From Rhodospirillales bacterium (lineage in GTDB: Bacteria > Pseudomonadota > Alphaproteobacteria > CACIAM-22H2), in assembly GCA_947445225.1 (NCBI GenBank), contig CANFCX010000002.1, forward strand, positions 26,119 to 90,118: a DNA stretch of 64,000 nucleotides. The letters run 5' to 3'. Below the pieces are notes generated by a model that had not been told where the DNA came from, did not search any database, and saw nothing but the letters and a program-made list of their open reading frames with translations. How positions within the stretch are numbered: position 1 is the stretch's first letter; every line of letters begins with the position of its first letter. Made by a program: the position numbers and the translations under genes. Below are positions 1 through 9,167 of the stretch, piece by piece.

Positions 1-1
1 C

Positions 2-436
2 ATCCGGGCCTATTCCGGCGACATCGACTCGGGCCTGATCGCCGCTCGCGAAGGGCCGCGCGTCCTTGGCCGTTGGACCAGTAGTTTGCGCGATGCCCAA
101 AGTGCTTGCCCAGGCCATGTCGCCCTGATGTCGGCCCTCAAACGGGCGGCCTTCACCGATGACGGCCAGCTGTTGTTCGTCAACGCCGGCATCGATCCTA
201 CCCGCCCGCTTTCCGCCCAAAGCGACAGCTTTTGGTGGGGCGCGGGCGCGTTTAGCCGCATCAACGAACCTTATGCCGGTTATCGCCGGGTCGTGCGCGG
301 CTTCGATACCGCCCATGCCGGCCTTGTGGAGGGCCCGTTTACGGTCAGCCTCGACGGGGGCAGCGGGTTTGGCGGCCCGCTGCTGGCCGCCTGTTTTGCT
401 CCCGACGGCACCGTTATCGACCGGATCGAGGCTTAG
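2..436 (+). CDS. metallophosphoesterase family protein, C-terminal fragment (5-prime end outside window)
   Basis: Open frame continuous from window start to stop at 436; C-terminal residues resemble Ser/Thr phosphatase / ApaH-like metallophosphoesterases; weak assignment from memory only. Confidence 0.35.
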   Translation: MRAYSGDIDSGLIAAREGPRVLGRWTSSLRDAQSACPGHVALMSALKRAAFTDDGQLLFVNAGIDPTRPLSAQSDSFWWGAGAFSRINEPYAGYRRVVRGFDTAHAGLVEGPFTVSLDGGSGFGGPLLAACFAPDGTVIDRIEA

Positions 437-544
437 TCCGTAAGACCGGCGCGCACGTTCCAAGTGACCGGCGTCACTGCCGGGCGTGGTGTCCTTCGTC
501 GTATTCTCCGAGCGATCGGCAATTCGCGTTTCCGGATCGACCGG

Positions 545-1411
545 ATGGGTACCATGACTGCTTCCAGCCAAACTCGGCCGGCCTATTCGGGCCGCCGCAC
601 CCACGCTCCCCTACCCCCGCTCTTGTCCCGAGAGCGCGAGTTGGAGCTAACCCGCCGCTGGCGCGACGGCCGCGATCGCGGCGCACTGGCGGAGATTGTC
701 GCGGCGTTCGACCGATTGGTCCTATCGAATGCGCGGCGTTATCGAAATTACGGCTTGCCGCTCGACGATCTGGTGCAGGAAGGCCATGTTGGCCTGCTTC
801 AGGCTGCGGCGCGGTTTGAGCCCGAACGCGGACTTCGCTTCGCCACCTATGCGATCTGGTGGGTGCGGGCGGCGATTCAGGATTTCATCCTGCGGAACTG
901 GTCGGTGGTTCGCACCGGGACCACGGCGGCGCAGAAATCGCTCTTCTTCAATTTACGGCGGCTGCGGGCCCAGCTCGATCCCGAGGCGGAGCGCCTCTCG
1001 CCCGCGAGCCGGTTGGCGATCGCGCGACGGCTCGGCGTCACGATCGGGGACGTCGCCGACATGGAAGGGCGACTCGGCGGCTCGGACCACTCGCTTAATC
1101 GCAGGCTGGCCGAAGACGGCGGCGAGGAATGGCAGGACTTGCTGACCTGCCCGCGCCCGACGCCGGAGGAAGACGTCGGCGACCGTCGCGAGGCCGCGAG
1201 TCGCAGACTGTGGTTGACCCAGGCGCTCGGCGATCTGCCGCCGCGGGAACGGATGATCATCGACCACCGGCGTCTGCGCGAAGAGGAAACGACGCTGGAG
1301 GTCCTCGGGCGGAAACTGGGGGTCAGCAAGGAACGTATCCGCCAGCTCGAGGAACGCGCCATCCGCAAGCTCCGGCAAAACCTGCAGGAAAGGATCGCCG
1401 CCCAGGCCTGA
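545..1411 (+). CDS. rpoH: RNA polymerase sigma-32 factor RpoH
   Basis: Sigma-70 family regions 2-4 (DDLVQEGHVGLLQAAARF, YAIWWVRAAIQDF) and the RpoH-box-like segment QRKLFFNLRRL variant (QKSLFFNLRRL); ATG at 545 chosen inside ORF 464..1411. Confidence 0.85.
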   Translation: MGTMTASSQTRPAYSGRRTHAPLPPLLSRERELELTRRWRDGRDRGALAEIVAAFDRLVLSNARRYRNYGLPLDDLVQEGHVGLLQAAARFEPERGLRFATYAIWWVRAAIQDFILRNWSVVRTGTTAAQKSLFFNLRRLRAQLDPEAERLSPASRLAIARRLGVTIGDVADMEGRLGGSDHSLNRRLAEDGGEEWQDLLTCPRPTPEEDVGDRREAASRRLWLTQALGDLPPRERMIIDHRRLREEETTLEVLGRKLGVSKERIRQLEERAIRKLRQNLQERIAAQA

Positions 1412-1420
1412 TGCCCGCGG

Positions 1421-2233
1421 CTAAGGCGGCAACACCTCGACCTGCTCGGGGTGCGAAACTTCGATCGCCGGACCGTTCAATGACCCCAGCCAGCCCCGAA
1501 TTCTGACGCGGCTTCCGGCATAACTCTGGGGATCGACCCGCGCCGCCGTGAACAGCCGGCGGGCCGAAGACGGAATCGACGCCGTGAAGTCCGTGCGATA
1601 GTCCGGCCCGAAATTCAGATAGGTGCGGCCGCGGATGGTCTCGACCTTGAGAACGGTTCCTTCGACGATTTGAAACGTGTCGATCAAGCGCGCGGTTTCT
1701 TCGGGTTTCAGCACGCGATAATAATCGTCGCTCCACAGGCCGCGCCGCGCGGCGCGCGCCGCGCCTTCAATGGCGAGCATCTCGGCGGCCATGGCCCGAT
1801 TGTCGGCGAAGGTGTAGACGCGGGCGAACCCAAGCCGCAGCATCTCTCCCTGAACCCAAATCCCCGGCTGGCCGCGTGTTTGGCTCTCGAGATGGAGATG
1901 GGCAAGAGCGCGCCGGTACCGGTCCGCGCGCGCCCCGCCGAAGGAAAGCGTCAGCCGGCGCCCGAGCGTGAGGTCGCTGAGGGCGGTGCGCGCTTGTTCG
2001 GCCAACGGCCAGGTCGGAAAATTCGCGCGGCCGAGCGGCAATTTAGGCGCCTGAATGCCGACCAGGCGGATGGACCGCCCATCGGCCAGGACCAAAGTAT
2101 CGCCATCGACGATTTCACGCGCGGTGCCAGTGCCGTCTTGCACCAAGGACGCCGTCTCCACGGCGCTTGGCGGCGCGACGGCTAGGATGAGGCCGATCAC
2201 GACGGCCAGGGCGGGAGCAAGGCGACGTACCAT
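1421..2233 (-). CDS. thermonuclease (SNase-like) family protein with N-terminal signal peptide
   Basis: Hydrophobic N-terminus then staphylococcal-nuclease-like motifs (VVDGDTLVL, LVGIQAPKL, RADRYRRALAHL). Confidence 0.65.
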   Translation of the reverse strand: MVRRLAPALAVVIGLILAVAPPSAVETASLVQDGTGTAREIVDGDTLVLADGRSIRLVGIQAPKLPLGRANFPTWPLAEQARTALSDLTLGRRLTLSFGGARADRYRRALAHLHLESQTRGQPGIWVQGEMLRLGFARVYTFADNRAMAAEMLAIEGAARAARRGLWSDDYYRVLKPEETARLIDTFQIVEGTVLKVETIRGRTYLNFGPDYRTDFTASIPSSARRLFTAARVDPQSYAGSRVRIRGWLGSLNGPAIEVSHPEQVEVLPP

Positions 2234-2287
2234 GTTCCGCGATCCTAGACCAACCGGGCGCGTCGCGGCAAAAACGCGCCGAGGCGG

Positions 2288-3301
2288 TTGACGGAGGGCC
2301 GCAGCCTGTGGCGATGTTCAGTCATGGCGCCAAGGCAAGAGACCGGAATGGGTCGCACCGAGTTGTTCCCCCCCATAGAACCCAAGGTCAGCGGCCTTCT
2401 GCCCCTTGATTCCCGTCACAGCATGTATTGGGAAGAATGCGGCAATCCGCAGGGCCGGCCGGTTGTGTTCCTTCATGGCGGCCCGGGCGCAGGCGCCACA
2501 TCCGCCCATCGCCGTTTTTTCGATCCGGCCTATTGGCGCATCATCGTTTATGACCAACGCGGCGCCGGCCGCTCCGTGCCCCATGGCGACCTGGTCGACA
2601 ACACAACCCCGCATCTGGTCGCCGATCTCGAATTGCTGCGGCGCCATCGCGGCATCGATCGCTGGGTTCTCTTCGGCGGTTCGTGGGGCAGCACGCTGGC
2701 GCTCGCCTACGCCGAGACCCATGCCGAAAGGTGCCTCGGCCTGATCTTGCGCGGCATCTTTCTCGCCCGGCAGAAAGAGATCGATTGGTTCTTGCACGGC
2801 GTCAAGGCGGTGTTCCCGGAGGCGTGGCGCAGCTTCGCCGGGTTTCTGCCGGAGGCGGAGCGCGGCGACATCCTGCCCGCCTATTATCGGCGCCTGATCG
2901 ATCCCGACGAGGCCGTTCACATGCCCGCCGCCCGGAGCTGGAGCAGTTATGAGGGGGCTTGTTCATCGCTCCTCCCCAGCACCGATGTGGCCGCAAGCCT
3001 GGTGGAAGATCGCACCGCGCTCGGGTTGGCTTGGATCGAGGCCCATTATTTCATCAACGACGCCTTTCTTCCCGAAAACGCGCTCCTCGCCAATCTCCGC
3101 GGCATCCGCCACTTGCCAGCCACGATTGTCCAAGGACGCTACGACCTGATTTGCCCCGTCGTCACCGCCGATGAATTGGCGCGCGCCTGGCCGGAGGCCG
3201 ACTACGTCATCGTCCCCGATGCCGGGCATTCGGCCATGGAGCCGGGCATTCGGAGCGCCCTCGTCGGCGCCACCGAAAGGCTACAGAGTTTGCTACTATG
3301 A
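2288..3301 (+). CDS. pip: proline iminopeptidase (alpha/beta hydrolase)
   Basis: LYPPIEP-like N-terminus (LFPPIEP), HGGPGAG, GGSWGSTLALAYA nucleophile elbow; true start may be ATG at 2327 or 2348. Confidence 0.8.
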   Translation: MTEGRSLWRCSVMAPRQETGMGRTELFPPIEPKVSGLLPLDSRHSMYWEECGNPQGRPVVFLHGGPGAGATSAHRRFFDPAYWRIIVYDQRGAGRSVPHGDLVDNTTPHLVADLELLRRHRGIDRWVLFGGSWGSTLALAYAETHAERCLGLILRGIFLARQKEIDWFLHGVKAVFPEAWRSFAGFLPEAERGDILPAYYRRLIDPDEAVHMPAARSWSSYEGACSSLLPSTDVAASLVEDRTALGLAWIEAHYFINDAFLPENALLANLRGIRHLPATIVQGRYDLICPVVTADELARAWPEADYVIVPDAGHSAMEPGIRSALVGATERLQSLLL

Positions 3302-3349
3302 AAAGGGCGATCGGCCCGTGGCCGACGCTCACCATGTGGGAGGGACTAT

Positions 3350-3865
3350 ATGCGCGGAATCCGGCTAACCTTGGCGGTTGCGGTCTTGGTTCTTACCCTG
3401 GCGGTTGGCGGACAACGCGCGGCGGCCCAAGATCCCGCATTTCTTGTCATTGGCGCCGGCGGGTATGACGTCAACAAACAGGACAATACCGCGGCCGAGT
3501 TTTCGCTTCAGTACCGTTCCGACGTCGACCTTTGGATATTCCGACCGTTCGCCGGGCTGATGGCGACAACCGATTCGGCCGTGAACGTCTATGCAGGAAT
3601 CGGCATCGATCTTTTCTTCGGCAATCGCTGGGTCGTGCGACCGAGTTTCGCGCCCGGATTCTATGCCGAAGGCGACGGCAAGGACCTCGGCCACAGCGTG
3701 GAGTTTCGCTCCGGAGTCGAAATCGCGTATCGGTTCGACGATCGCGCCCGCCTCGGGCTCGAACTCTACCATCTGTCGAACGCCAGCATTGGCAGCCGCA
3801 ACCCCGGCGAGGAATCGCTTATTTTGACCTACGCCGTGCCGATTTCATCACTGTTCGGCCCCTGA
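3350..3865 (+). CDS. PagL-like lipid A 3-O-deacylase / acyloxyacyl hydrolase family outer-membrane protein
   Basis: Signal peptide, beta-barrel-like alternating pattern, conserved H-x-S-N (HLSNAS) near C-terminus as in PagL. Confidence 0.55.
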   Translation: MRGIRLTLAVAVLVLTLAVGGQRAAAQDPAFLVIGAGGYDVNKQDNTAAEFSLQYRSDVDLWIFRPFAGLMATTDSAVNVYAGIGIDLFFGNRWVVRPSFAPGFYAEGDGKDLGHSVEFRSGVEIAYRFDDRARLGLELYHLSNASIGSRNPGEESLILTYAVPISSLFGP

Positions 3866-3906
3866 TCGCCGCCGGCCTGGATTTTTTCCGCCGGGCGGGT
3901 GGCCCG

Positions 3907-4476
3907 TCAGCCGCCGGCGGGCCCGGGTGGGCTTGCCACTTCAACGGCAACGGCTTCCGGCCCTTTTTGCGCGTGAACGACACGCATCTTGACGGTCTGG
4001 CCAGGTGTCAGCCCGCTTAGGCCGGCATTGCGAAGAATGGTGATGTGCAAGAACACATCCTTGCCGCCATCGTTCGGCGAAACAAACCCATAACCCTTGA
4101 GGGCGCTGAACCATTTAACGACACCATCCATCGGTGTGCCGTCATCGGCCGCGGGCGCCGCGAACCTGGGCGCCGGAGCGTCCATCCGCGACCGCGGCGG
4201 CGGCGCCTGCGCCGTGCTCAAATCAACATCGAGGACACGGAGCACCTGGCGACCCTTCGGGCTCTGCCCAATTTCGGCGAGCAAGCCCGCACCTTCCGCC
4301 ACGGCCTCAAAACCGGCGAGCTTCAGCACCGATAGGTGAAGGAAGGCTTCGGATGAACCGTCGACCGGGGTCACGAATCCGAATCCCTTGGCGACGTTGA
4401 ACCATTTGACGGTGGCGCGAACGCGGGTCCCGTCCCCGTCGGCCCGAAAATCGGGCTGTTCGAATTGCCTTTGCAC
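3907..4476 (-). CDS. cold-shock protein with two tandem cold-shock domains
   Basis: Two copies of the CSD RNP motifs (VVKWFSALKGYGFVSP... and VKWFNVAKGFGFVTP...). Confidence 0.8.
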   Translation of the reverse strand: MQRQFEQPDFRADGDGTRVRATVKWFNVAKGFGFVTPVDGSSEAFLHLSVLKLAGFEAVAEGAGLLAEIGQSPKGRQVLRVLDVDLSTAQAPPPRSRMDAPAPRFAAPAADDGTPMDGVVKWFSALKGYGFVSPNDGGKDVFLHITILRNAGLSGLTPGQTVKMRVVHAQKGPEAVAVEVASPPGPAGG

Positions 4477-4635
4477 TGGAGCGATCCACTCGAAAGAAAT
4501 GCGTCAATATGACGCGCCCGCGCGCCGAGATTAGCACTCCTGCCGGGGCACGGACAATCGCCTTCGGCTCGCGACGCTCAGGCGATATCGGCGGTCTTCG
4601 TCGCCGGTACCCGCCGCCTAGCATGCAAACCGCAC

Positions 4636-5406
4636 CTAATAGCGGTTTAGGTTGTTGTAAACGGCATGGGCGATCGGCAGTAAATCGTCGCGTGGCAGCT
4701 TCCCGACCAGCGCATAGGCCAAAGCCCCGTCGAGCCAGAAGAAAACGGACGCGCCTTCACCCTGAACGAAACGGAAGGCGGTCTCCTGGGAACCGCCGCC
4801 CGGCGCCGCGGCATGATAGAGGGTGACGCGGTTCCCACGATCGTTTTCATACATCAATTGGCTGGCCGCGCTGCCATCGGCCGAAGGCAGCAACCTGCCC
4901 CCGACCAGCGTGTAGCCTTCGCCGTCGAGGCGGGGCGCCTTGATCGGATGGCCCATCCGTTTGGACAGCCATGTCACGAGATGATCCTGCTCATTGGCCG
5001 CCACCTCCACCGGATGACGGACCTCGCCGACATAAACGACATGCGCGGCCACGGCCTGGCGGGTGATGGCGAAGACCGGCTGGGTGGCGTCGAGATTGGC
5101 ACCGCGCAGAAACCAACCTCCAGCCAGGCCGGTCACGACCAGAGCCCCGCCCGCGGCAATTCGCGCGGCGCGAGACGCCCAATTTCGGCGAGGCGCCGCC
5201 CACTCGGTTGGAAAGGGCTCCGCCAGCAGCGGATCGTACAGCGCGTGGAGTTCCTGATTGATCCGGCGATACGCGGCAACCCGCTCCGCCTCCTCCGGTT
5301 TGGCCGCCATCAGGGCTTCGACCGCGGCCTTGCGAACCGGATCGAGCTGCCCGTCGACATAAGCGTGCAGCTCGGTTTCACCGATGGTTTCCGGCGTCTG
5401 CGTCAT
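4636..5406 (-). CDS. anti-sigma factor (zinc-finger/transmembrane type) partnered with the upstream ECF sigma
   Basis: N-terminal anti-sigma motif (LHAYVDGQLD), central hydrophobic segment, start overlaps ECF sigma stop by ATGA. Confidence 0.6.
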   Translation of the reverse strand: MTQTPETIGETELHAYVDGQLDPVRKAAVEALMAAKPEEAERVAAYRRINQELHALYDPLLAEPFPTEWAAPRRNWASRAARIAAGGALVVTGLAGGWFLRGANLDATQPVFAITRQAVAAHVVYVGEVRHPVEVAANEQDHLVTWLSKRMGHPIKAPRLDGEGYTLVGGRLLPSADGSAASQLMYENDRGNRVTLYHAAAPGGGSQETAFRFVQGEGASVFFWLDGALAYALVGKLPRDDLLPIAHAVYNNLNRY

Positions 5407-5948
5407 TTGATTCTCCGCAACGCCGGCACCATGGTCCCCGCCATGGTCACGCGCAGCTTTTCACGCCCGCGATGCAGCCGCGACATCACCGTGCCGACGG
5501 GTATATCGAGGATGGTCGCCGCGTCCTGGTAGCTCGACTCTTCGAGGCCGACCAGCAACACGACCGCGCGTTGGTCCTCCGGGAGCAAGGCCAGGGCGTC
5601 GGCGAGCGAGCGAATTTCGAGCCGGGCTTCCTGTGACGCCGGTGTCGAGGCACCCGCACCGGCATCGTCGAGCGATATCGGGTGGGGCTGGCGATGATCC
5701 TTGCGTCGGATGTTAGCGTGAAGGTTGTGCATGATCGTAAATAGCCACGTTCTCATATTGCTGCCGCGCCGCCAAAGGTGAAGGCGGCTCCAGGCGCGTT
5801 CCAGACAATCCTGGACGAGGTCTTCCGCCGCTTCGCGGTTCCGCATCAGCGCGATCGCGTATCGCCGCAAATGCGGAATCTGCTCGACGACTAGGCGACG
5901 CCGGTCCTCACTCACCCGTGACTGCTCCCCGGTCCGCCCGCCAAACAC
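5403..5948 (-). CDS. ECF-subfamily RNA polymerase sigma-70 factor
   Basis: Region 2 (DLVQDCLERAW, TWLFTIMHNL) and region 4 (YQDAATILDIPVGTVMSRLHRGR). Confidence 0.85.
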   Translation of the reverse strand: MFGGRTGEQSRVSEDRRRLVVEQIPHLRRYAIALMRNREAAEDLVQDCLERAWSRLHLWRRGSNMRTWLFTIMHNLHANIRRKDHRQPHPISLDDAGAGASTPASQEARLEIRSLADALALLPEDQRAVVLLVGLEESSYQDAATILDIPVGTVMSRLHRGREKLRVTMAGTMVPALRRIK

Positions 5949-6049
5949 GCCCTAGACATATAATACACCCGTGCGTCGTGGTTATTCCGGCTACCCACCA
6001 AATGGATGGACGTGCGGCGGCGAGGCTAACATGGCAATATCGCCCGGTC

Positions 6050-7297
6050 ATGTGGACCCGCTGGATCGCCACCGCACCCAATTCGCGCCGGACGATCATC
6101 GGGGTTGGGCTCGGCTTGGCGCTTGCCTCGGCCGCGCAGGGCCAACAGCCCGGAGAGCGATTCCGCATCGATCCGCGCGACCTGCCGGCGCCCTTTTCCA
6201 CCCCAAGCATCGCCAATCCGCCGATCGCGGTATCGCGCCCCGCCGGCGCCGGCTTGACCCTGCCACCGGGGTTTTCGGCGACGATCTTCGCCGAGCGCCT
6301 TGGTCATGCGCGTTGGATCGAGACCGCACCCAACGGCGATGTTTTTCTTGCCCAGCCGGATAATGGCGTCGTCACCCTGCTCCGCGACACCGATGGCGAT
6401 GGGCGGGCCGACATCAATGTTCCCTTCGTGCAGGGATTGCGTCAGCCGCACGGACTGGCCGTGCGCGCCGGTTATCTCTACGTCGCCGATGTCGATCGCG
6501 TCTGGCGCATTCCCTATCGCCCCGGCGAAACCAGACCCACCGGTCCGCGCGAGGCGGTGACACCCACGGGTGCCCTTGGCGATGGCGGCGGTCATTGGAC
6601 ACGGAACCTTGCCTTCAGCCCGGACGGCAGCCGCTTCTATGTGGCCATCGGCTCACGCGGCAATCTGGGGGAGGAAAACGAACCGCGCGCGACCGTGCAA
6701 GAATTCCGGTCCGACGGCAGCAGCCAACGCACCTTCGCGAGCGGTCTGCGCAACCCGGTCGGCATTGCATTCCGGCCGGGGTCCCCTGACCTCTACGTCG
6801 TCGTAAATGAACGCGACGGGCTGGGTGACGGTTTGGTTCCGGACTATCTCACGCGGGTTGAAAATGGCGGCTTCTACGGGTGGCCCTATGCGTATATTGG
6901 ACGCAACCCTCAGCCTCGCCTGGCCGAAAGACGGCCCGATCTGGTGGCGCGCAGCCTGGTTCCCGATGTGCTGTTTCGGAGCCACTCGGCGCCGCTGGGC
7001 CTGGCGTTCTACACCGGGACACAGTTCCCCGACGATTATCGCGGCGACGCGTTTGTTGCCTTTCACGGTTCCTGGAATGCGAGCCAGCCGACCGGTTACA
7101 TGATCGTTCGCGTACCCTTCACGAATGGACGCGCCTCCGGCCACTACGAGGCGTTCGCCACCGGTTTTGCCACGCTGGGCCCCGGCCGGGCTCGGGTTTG
7201 GGGCCGCCCGGTCGGCCTCGCGATCGCCGCCGATGGCAGCCTGCTCGCCGCCGACGATGTCGGCAACGTCGTCTGGCGTATTCAATACCGCCGTTAA
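6050..7297 (+). CDS. PQQ-dependent soluble aldose/sorbosone dehydrogenase family protein (signal peptide)
   Basis: Signal peptide then beta-propeller SGDH motifs (DTDGDGRAD, FRPGSPDLYVV, HGSWNAS); ATG 6050 chosen inside ORF 5918..7297. Confidence 0.7.
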   Translation: MWTRWIATAPNSRRTIIGVGLGLALASAAQGQQPGERFRIDPRDLPAPFSTPSIANPPIAVSRPAGAGLTLPPGFSATIFAERLGHARWIETAPNGDVFLAQPDNGVVTLLRDTDGDGRADINVPFVQGLRQPHGLAVRAGYLYVADVDRVWRIPYRPGETRPTGPREAVTPTGALGDGGGHWTRNLAFSPDGSRFYVAIGSRGNLGEENEPRATVQEFRSDGSSQRTFASGLRNPVGIAFRPGSPDLYVVVNERDGLGDGLVPDYLTRVENGGFYGWPYAYIGRNPQPRLAERRPDLVARSLVPDVLFRSHSAPLGLAFYTGTQFPDDYRGDAFVAFHGSWNASQPTGYMIVRVPFTNGRASGHYEAFATGFATLGPGRARVWGRPVGLAIAADGSLLAADDVGNVVWRIQYRR

Positions 7298-7356
7298 CCG
7301 ATCGTTAGTCACGGGGGCATACAACAGGGCGACGGCAATGACATGCGAGCGCCCGG

Positions 7357-7611
7357 ATGCAAATCCCACCCAGCTTTTCCGTCTTGGAAGCCCTGTCGCG
7401 ACACGTCGCGCCCGCCAATGGCGGGGCCCCGCGTCCGGCGCCGGTCAAACCGCAACCACCCACAACGGATGTCGCGCGAACTCAACCGCTGACGGCGACC
7501 AATACTCGTCTAGCGGCCGCGGCCCCAACCCAACCGGGGGCCAATAAACCGGTCGCAATTTCCCATCTGCCCACGGTTCCGCGCGGGAGCCTGCTGAACA
7601 TCCTCGTCTGA
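7357..7611 (+). CDS. hypothetical proline-rich small protein (doubtful)
   Basis: ORF only; no recognisable domain; low complexity. Confidence 0.15.
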   Translation: MQIPPSFSVLEALSRHVAPANGGAPRPAPVKPQPPTTDVARTQPLTATNTRLAAAAPTQPGANKPVAISHLPTVPRGSLLNILV

Positions 7612-7654
7612 TTCTTGGGGATAGGCGGGGCGGGCTTAAAGCCAAACCCTGTCG

Positions 7655-7692
7655 CCCAAAAAAGGAAGTCGGCGACCCATGGGGCCGCCGAC
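7655..7692 (-). terminator. candidate rho-independent terminator for the small KA-peptide gene
   Basis: Inverted repeat gtcggcga / ccgccgac (7668-7675 / 7685-7692) followed on the minus strand by TTTTTTG (plus-strand caaaaaa 7655-7661). Confidence 0.35.
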
Positions 7693-7771
7693 TGAAGCAG
7701 GCCGGGGGCAAATCGCGCCCGGACGCGATGGAGTCTTCAAACGGCCGTTAGGCCGGTGAAAACTCAACCAA

Positions 7772-7861
7772 CTACTTCTTCTTAGCGGTCTTTTTTGCGG
7801 CGGGCTTCTTCGCCACGGTCTTCTTCGCCGGTTTCTTTGCAGCAGCCTTCTTCACTGGCAT
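7772..7861 (-). CDS. 29-aa lysine/alanine-rich small basic peptide (MPVKKAAAKKPAKKTVAKKPAAKKTAKKK)
   Basis: Hand translation of minus strand; ATG 7861..7859 preceded 7 nt upstream by AGGAGG; TAG stop at 7774..7772; followed on minus strand by a hairpin plus T-run at 7692..7655; below 60-aa track cutoff. Confidence 0.35.
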   Translation of the reverse strand: MPVKKAAAKKPAKKTVAKKPAAKKTAKKK

Positions 7862-8212
7862 GTCATTGACCTCCTATTGGTCACACTAAGGACCGGGTCG
7901 GCTGAGGGTGGTGGCTGTCGGTACCGCGGAGCTTTTTCGCGGACTTGATCATCGCATGATGATCGGGCCACCCCTCGACCACTGCGCACAACGCGCAACC
8001 AGTCCTAGGCGGCAGAAGATCATGGCAATTCAACCCCCTGTCAAGAAAATTCAATATCCTGTAGGTGAGCTTTGCAAATCATCCAAATATTGCGTATGCC
8101 CCCAATGGTTGCGTACATGAAAATTATCTACACACGCCATGGTATGACACTTCCGCAGTGCGCCTGAGAGAACTGCACAAACTAGGCGATAGCGGAAAGA
8201 TCGTCATGCATC

Positions 8213-9160
8213 CTACGATTGCAGCGGTTCCGACAACAACCCCCGCGCAAATTCCACCGCATCGAACGGCCGAAAATCGTCCGCGCCTTCGCCGACGCCG
8301 ATAGCGCGCACTGGCAGCGAAAATTTTTCGGCCAACGCGACCAAGATGCCGCCGCGCGCCGATCCATCGAGCTTCGTCAAAACGAGTCCGCTGACGTCGA
8401 CCATGGCACGAAATGTCTCGACCTGAGCCAGCGCATTTTGGCCGATGGTGGCGTCGAGGATCAGCAGACATTCATGCGGCGCGGTTGGATCGGCCTTACG
8501 CAGGGCGCGCACGATCTTTTGCAATTCCGCCATCAGGTCGGCCTTGTTGTGAAGACGCCCCGCGGTGTCGATGAGCAGCAGATCGGCGTCGCGGCGACGG
8601 GCCTCTTCGAGAGCGTCATAAGCAAGAGACGCGGGATCGCCGCCTTCGGGGCCAACGATCACCGGACAGCCGACGCGTTCGCCCCACAGCCGCAATTGGC
8701 TGACCGCGGCGGCGCGGAAGGTGTCGCCGGCCGCCAGCACGACCCGTTTGCCTTCGGCGCCGAACAGCCGGGCGAGTTTGCCGACCGTCGTCGTCTTGCC
8801 GCCGCCATTGGCGCCGACGACGAGCACGACGAAGGGCCGGCGCGCGGGGTCGAGCACAAAGGGACGCGCCGCCGGTGCAAGACGGAGGGCGATTTCGTCG
8901 GCCAAAGCAGCGCGAACGTCGTCGGCCGTGACGCCACGGTCGAATCGCCGCGTCTTCAAGGCGGCAACCAGGGCCGCCGCCGTTCGCGGCCCCAAATCGG
9001 CGCCGACGAGCAACTCCTCCAGCCGATCGAGAGTGGCCTCATCGAGTTTGCCGCTGGTGAGCGCGGCGGCGATGCCTTCGACCAAACGCGAGGACGAGCG
9101 GCTCAACCCGGATTTGAGCCGAGCCAACCAGCCGCGGCCCTGGGCTGTCGTTTCGGTCAT
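8213..9160 (-). CDS. ftsY: signal recognition particle receptor FtsY
   Basis: SRP GTPase motifs (GANGGGKTTTVGKLA, DTAGR, TKLDGSARGG); start set to ATG 9160 (MTETTAQGRGWLARLKSGL). Confidence 0.85.
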   Translation of the reverse strand: MTETTAQGRGWLARLKSGLSRSSSRLVEGIAAALTSGKLDEATLDRLEELLVGADLGPRTAAALVAALKTRRFDRGVTADDVRAALADEIALRLAPAARPFVLDPARRPFVVLVVGANGGGKTTTVGKLARLFGAEGKRVVLAAGDTFRAAAVSQLRLWGERVGCPVIVGPEGGDPASLAYDALEEARRRDADLLLIDTAGRLHNKADLMAELQKIVRALRKADPTAPHECLLILDATIGQNALAQVETFRAMVDVSGLVLTKLDGSARGGILVALAEKFSLPVRAIGVGEGADDFRPFDAVEFARGLLSEPLQS

Positions 9161-9167
9161 GCCGCGA

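Noticed and set aside
4634-4652. Short AT-rich hairpin (acctaa-N7-ttaggt) at the anti-sigma stop codon
   Set aside because: Only 6-bp stem, overlaps the stop codon, no clear T-tract; too weak to call a terminator.
7357-7611. 84-aa proline-rich ORF downstream of the dehydrogenase gene
   Set aside because: No domain, low complexity, no obvious RBS; kept only as a very low-confidence feature.
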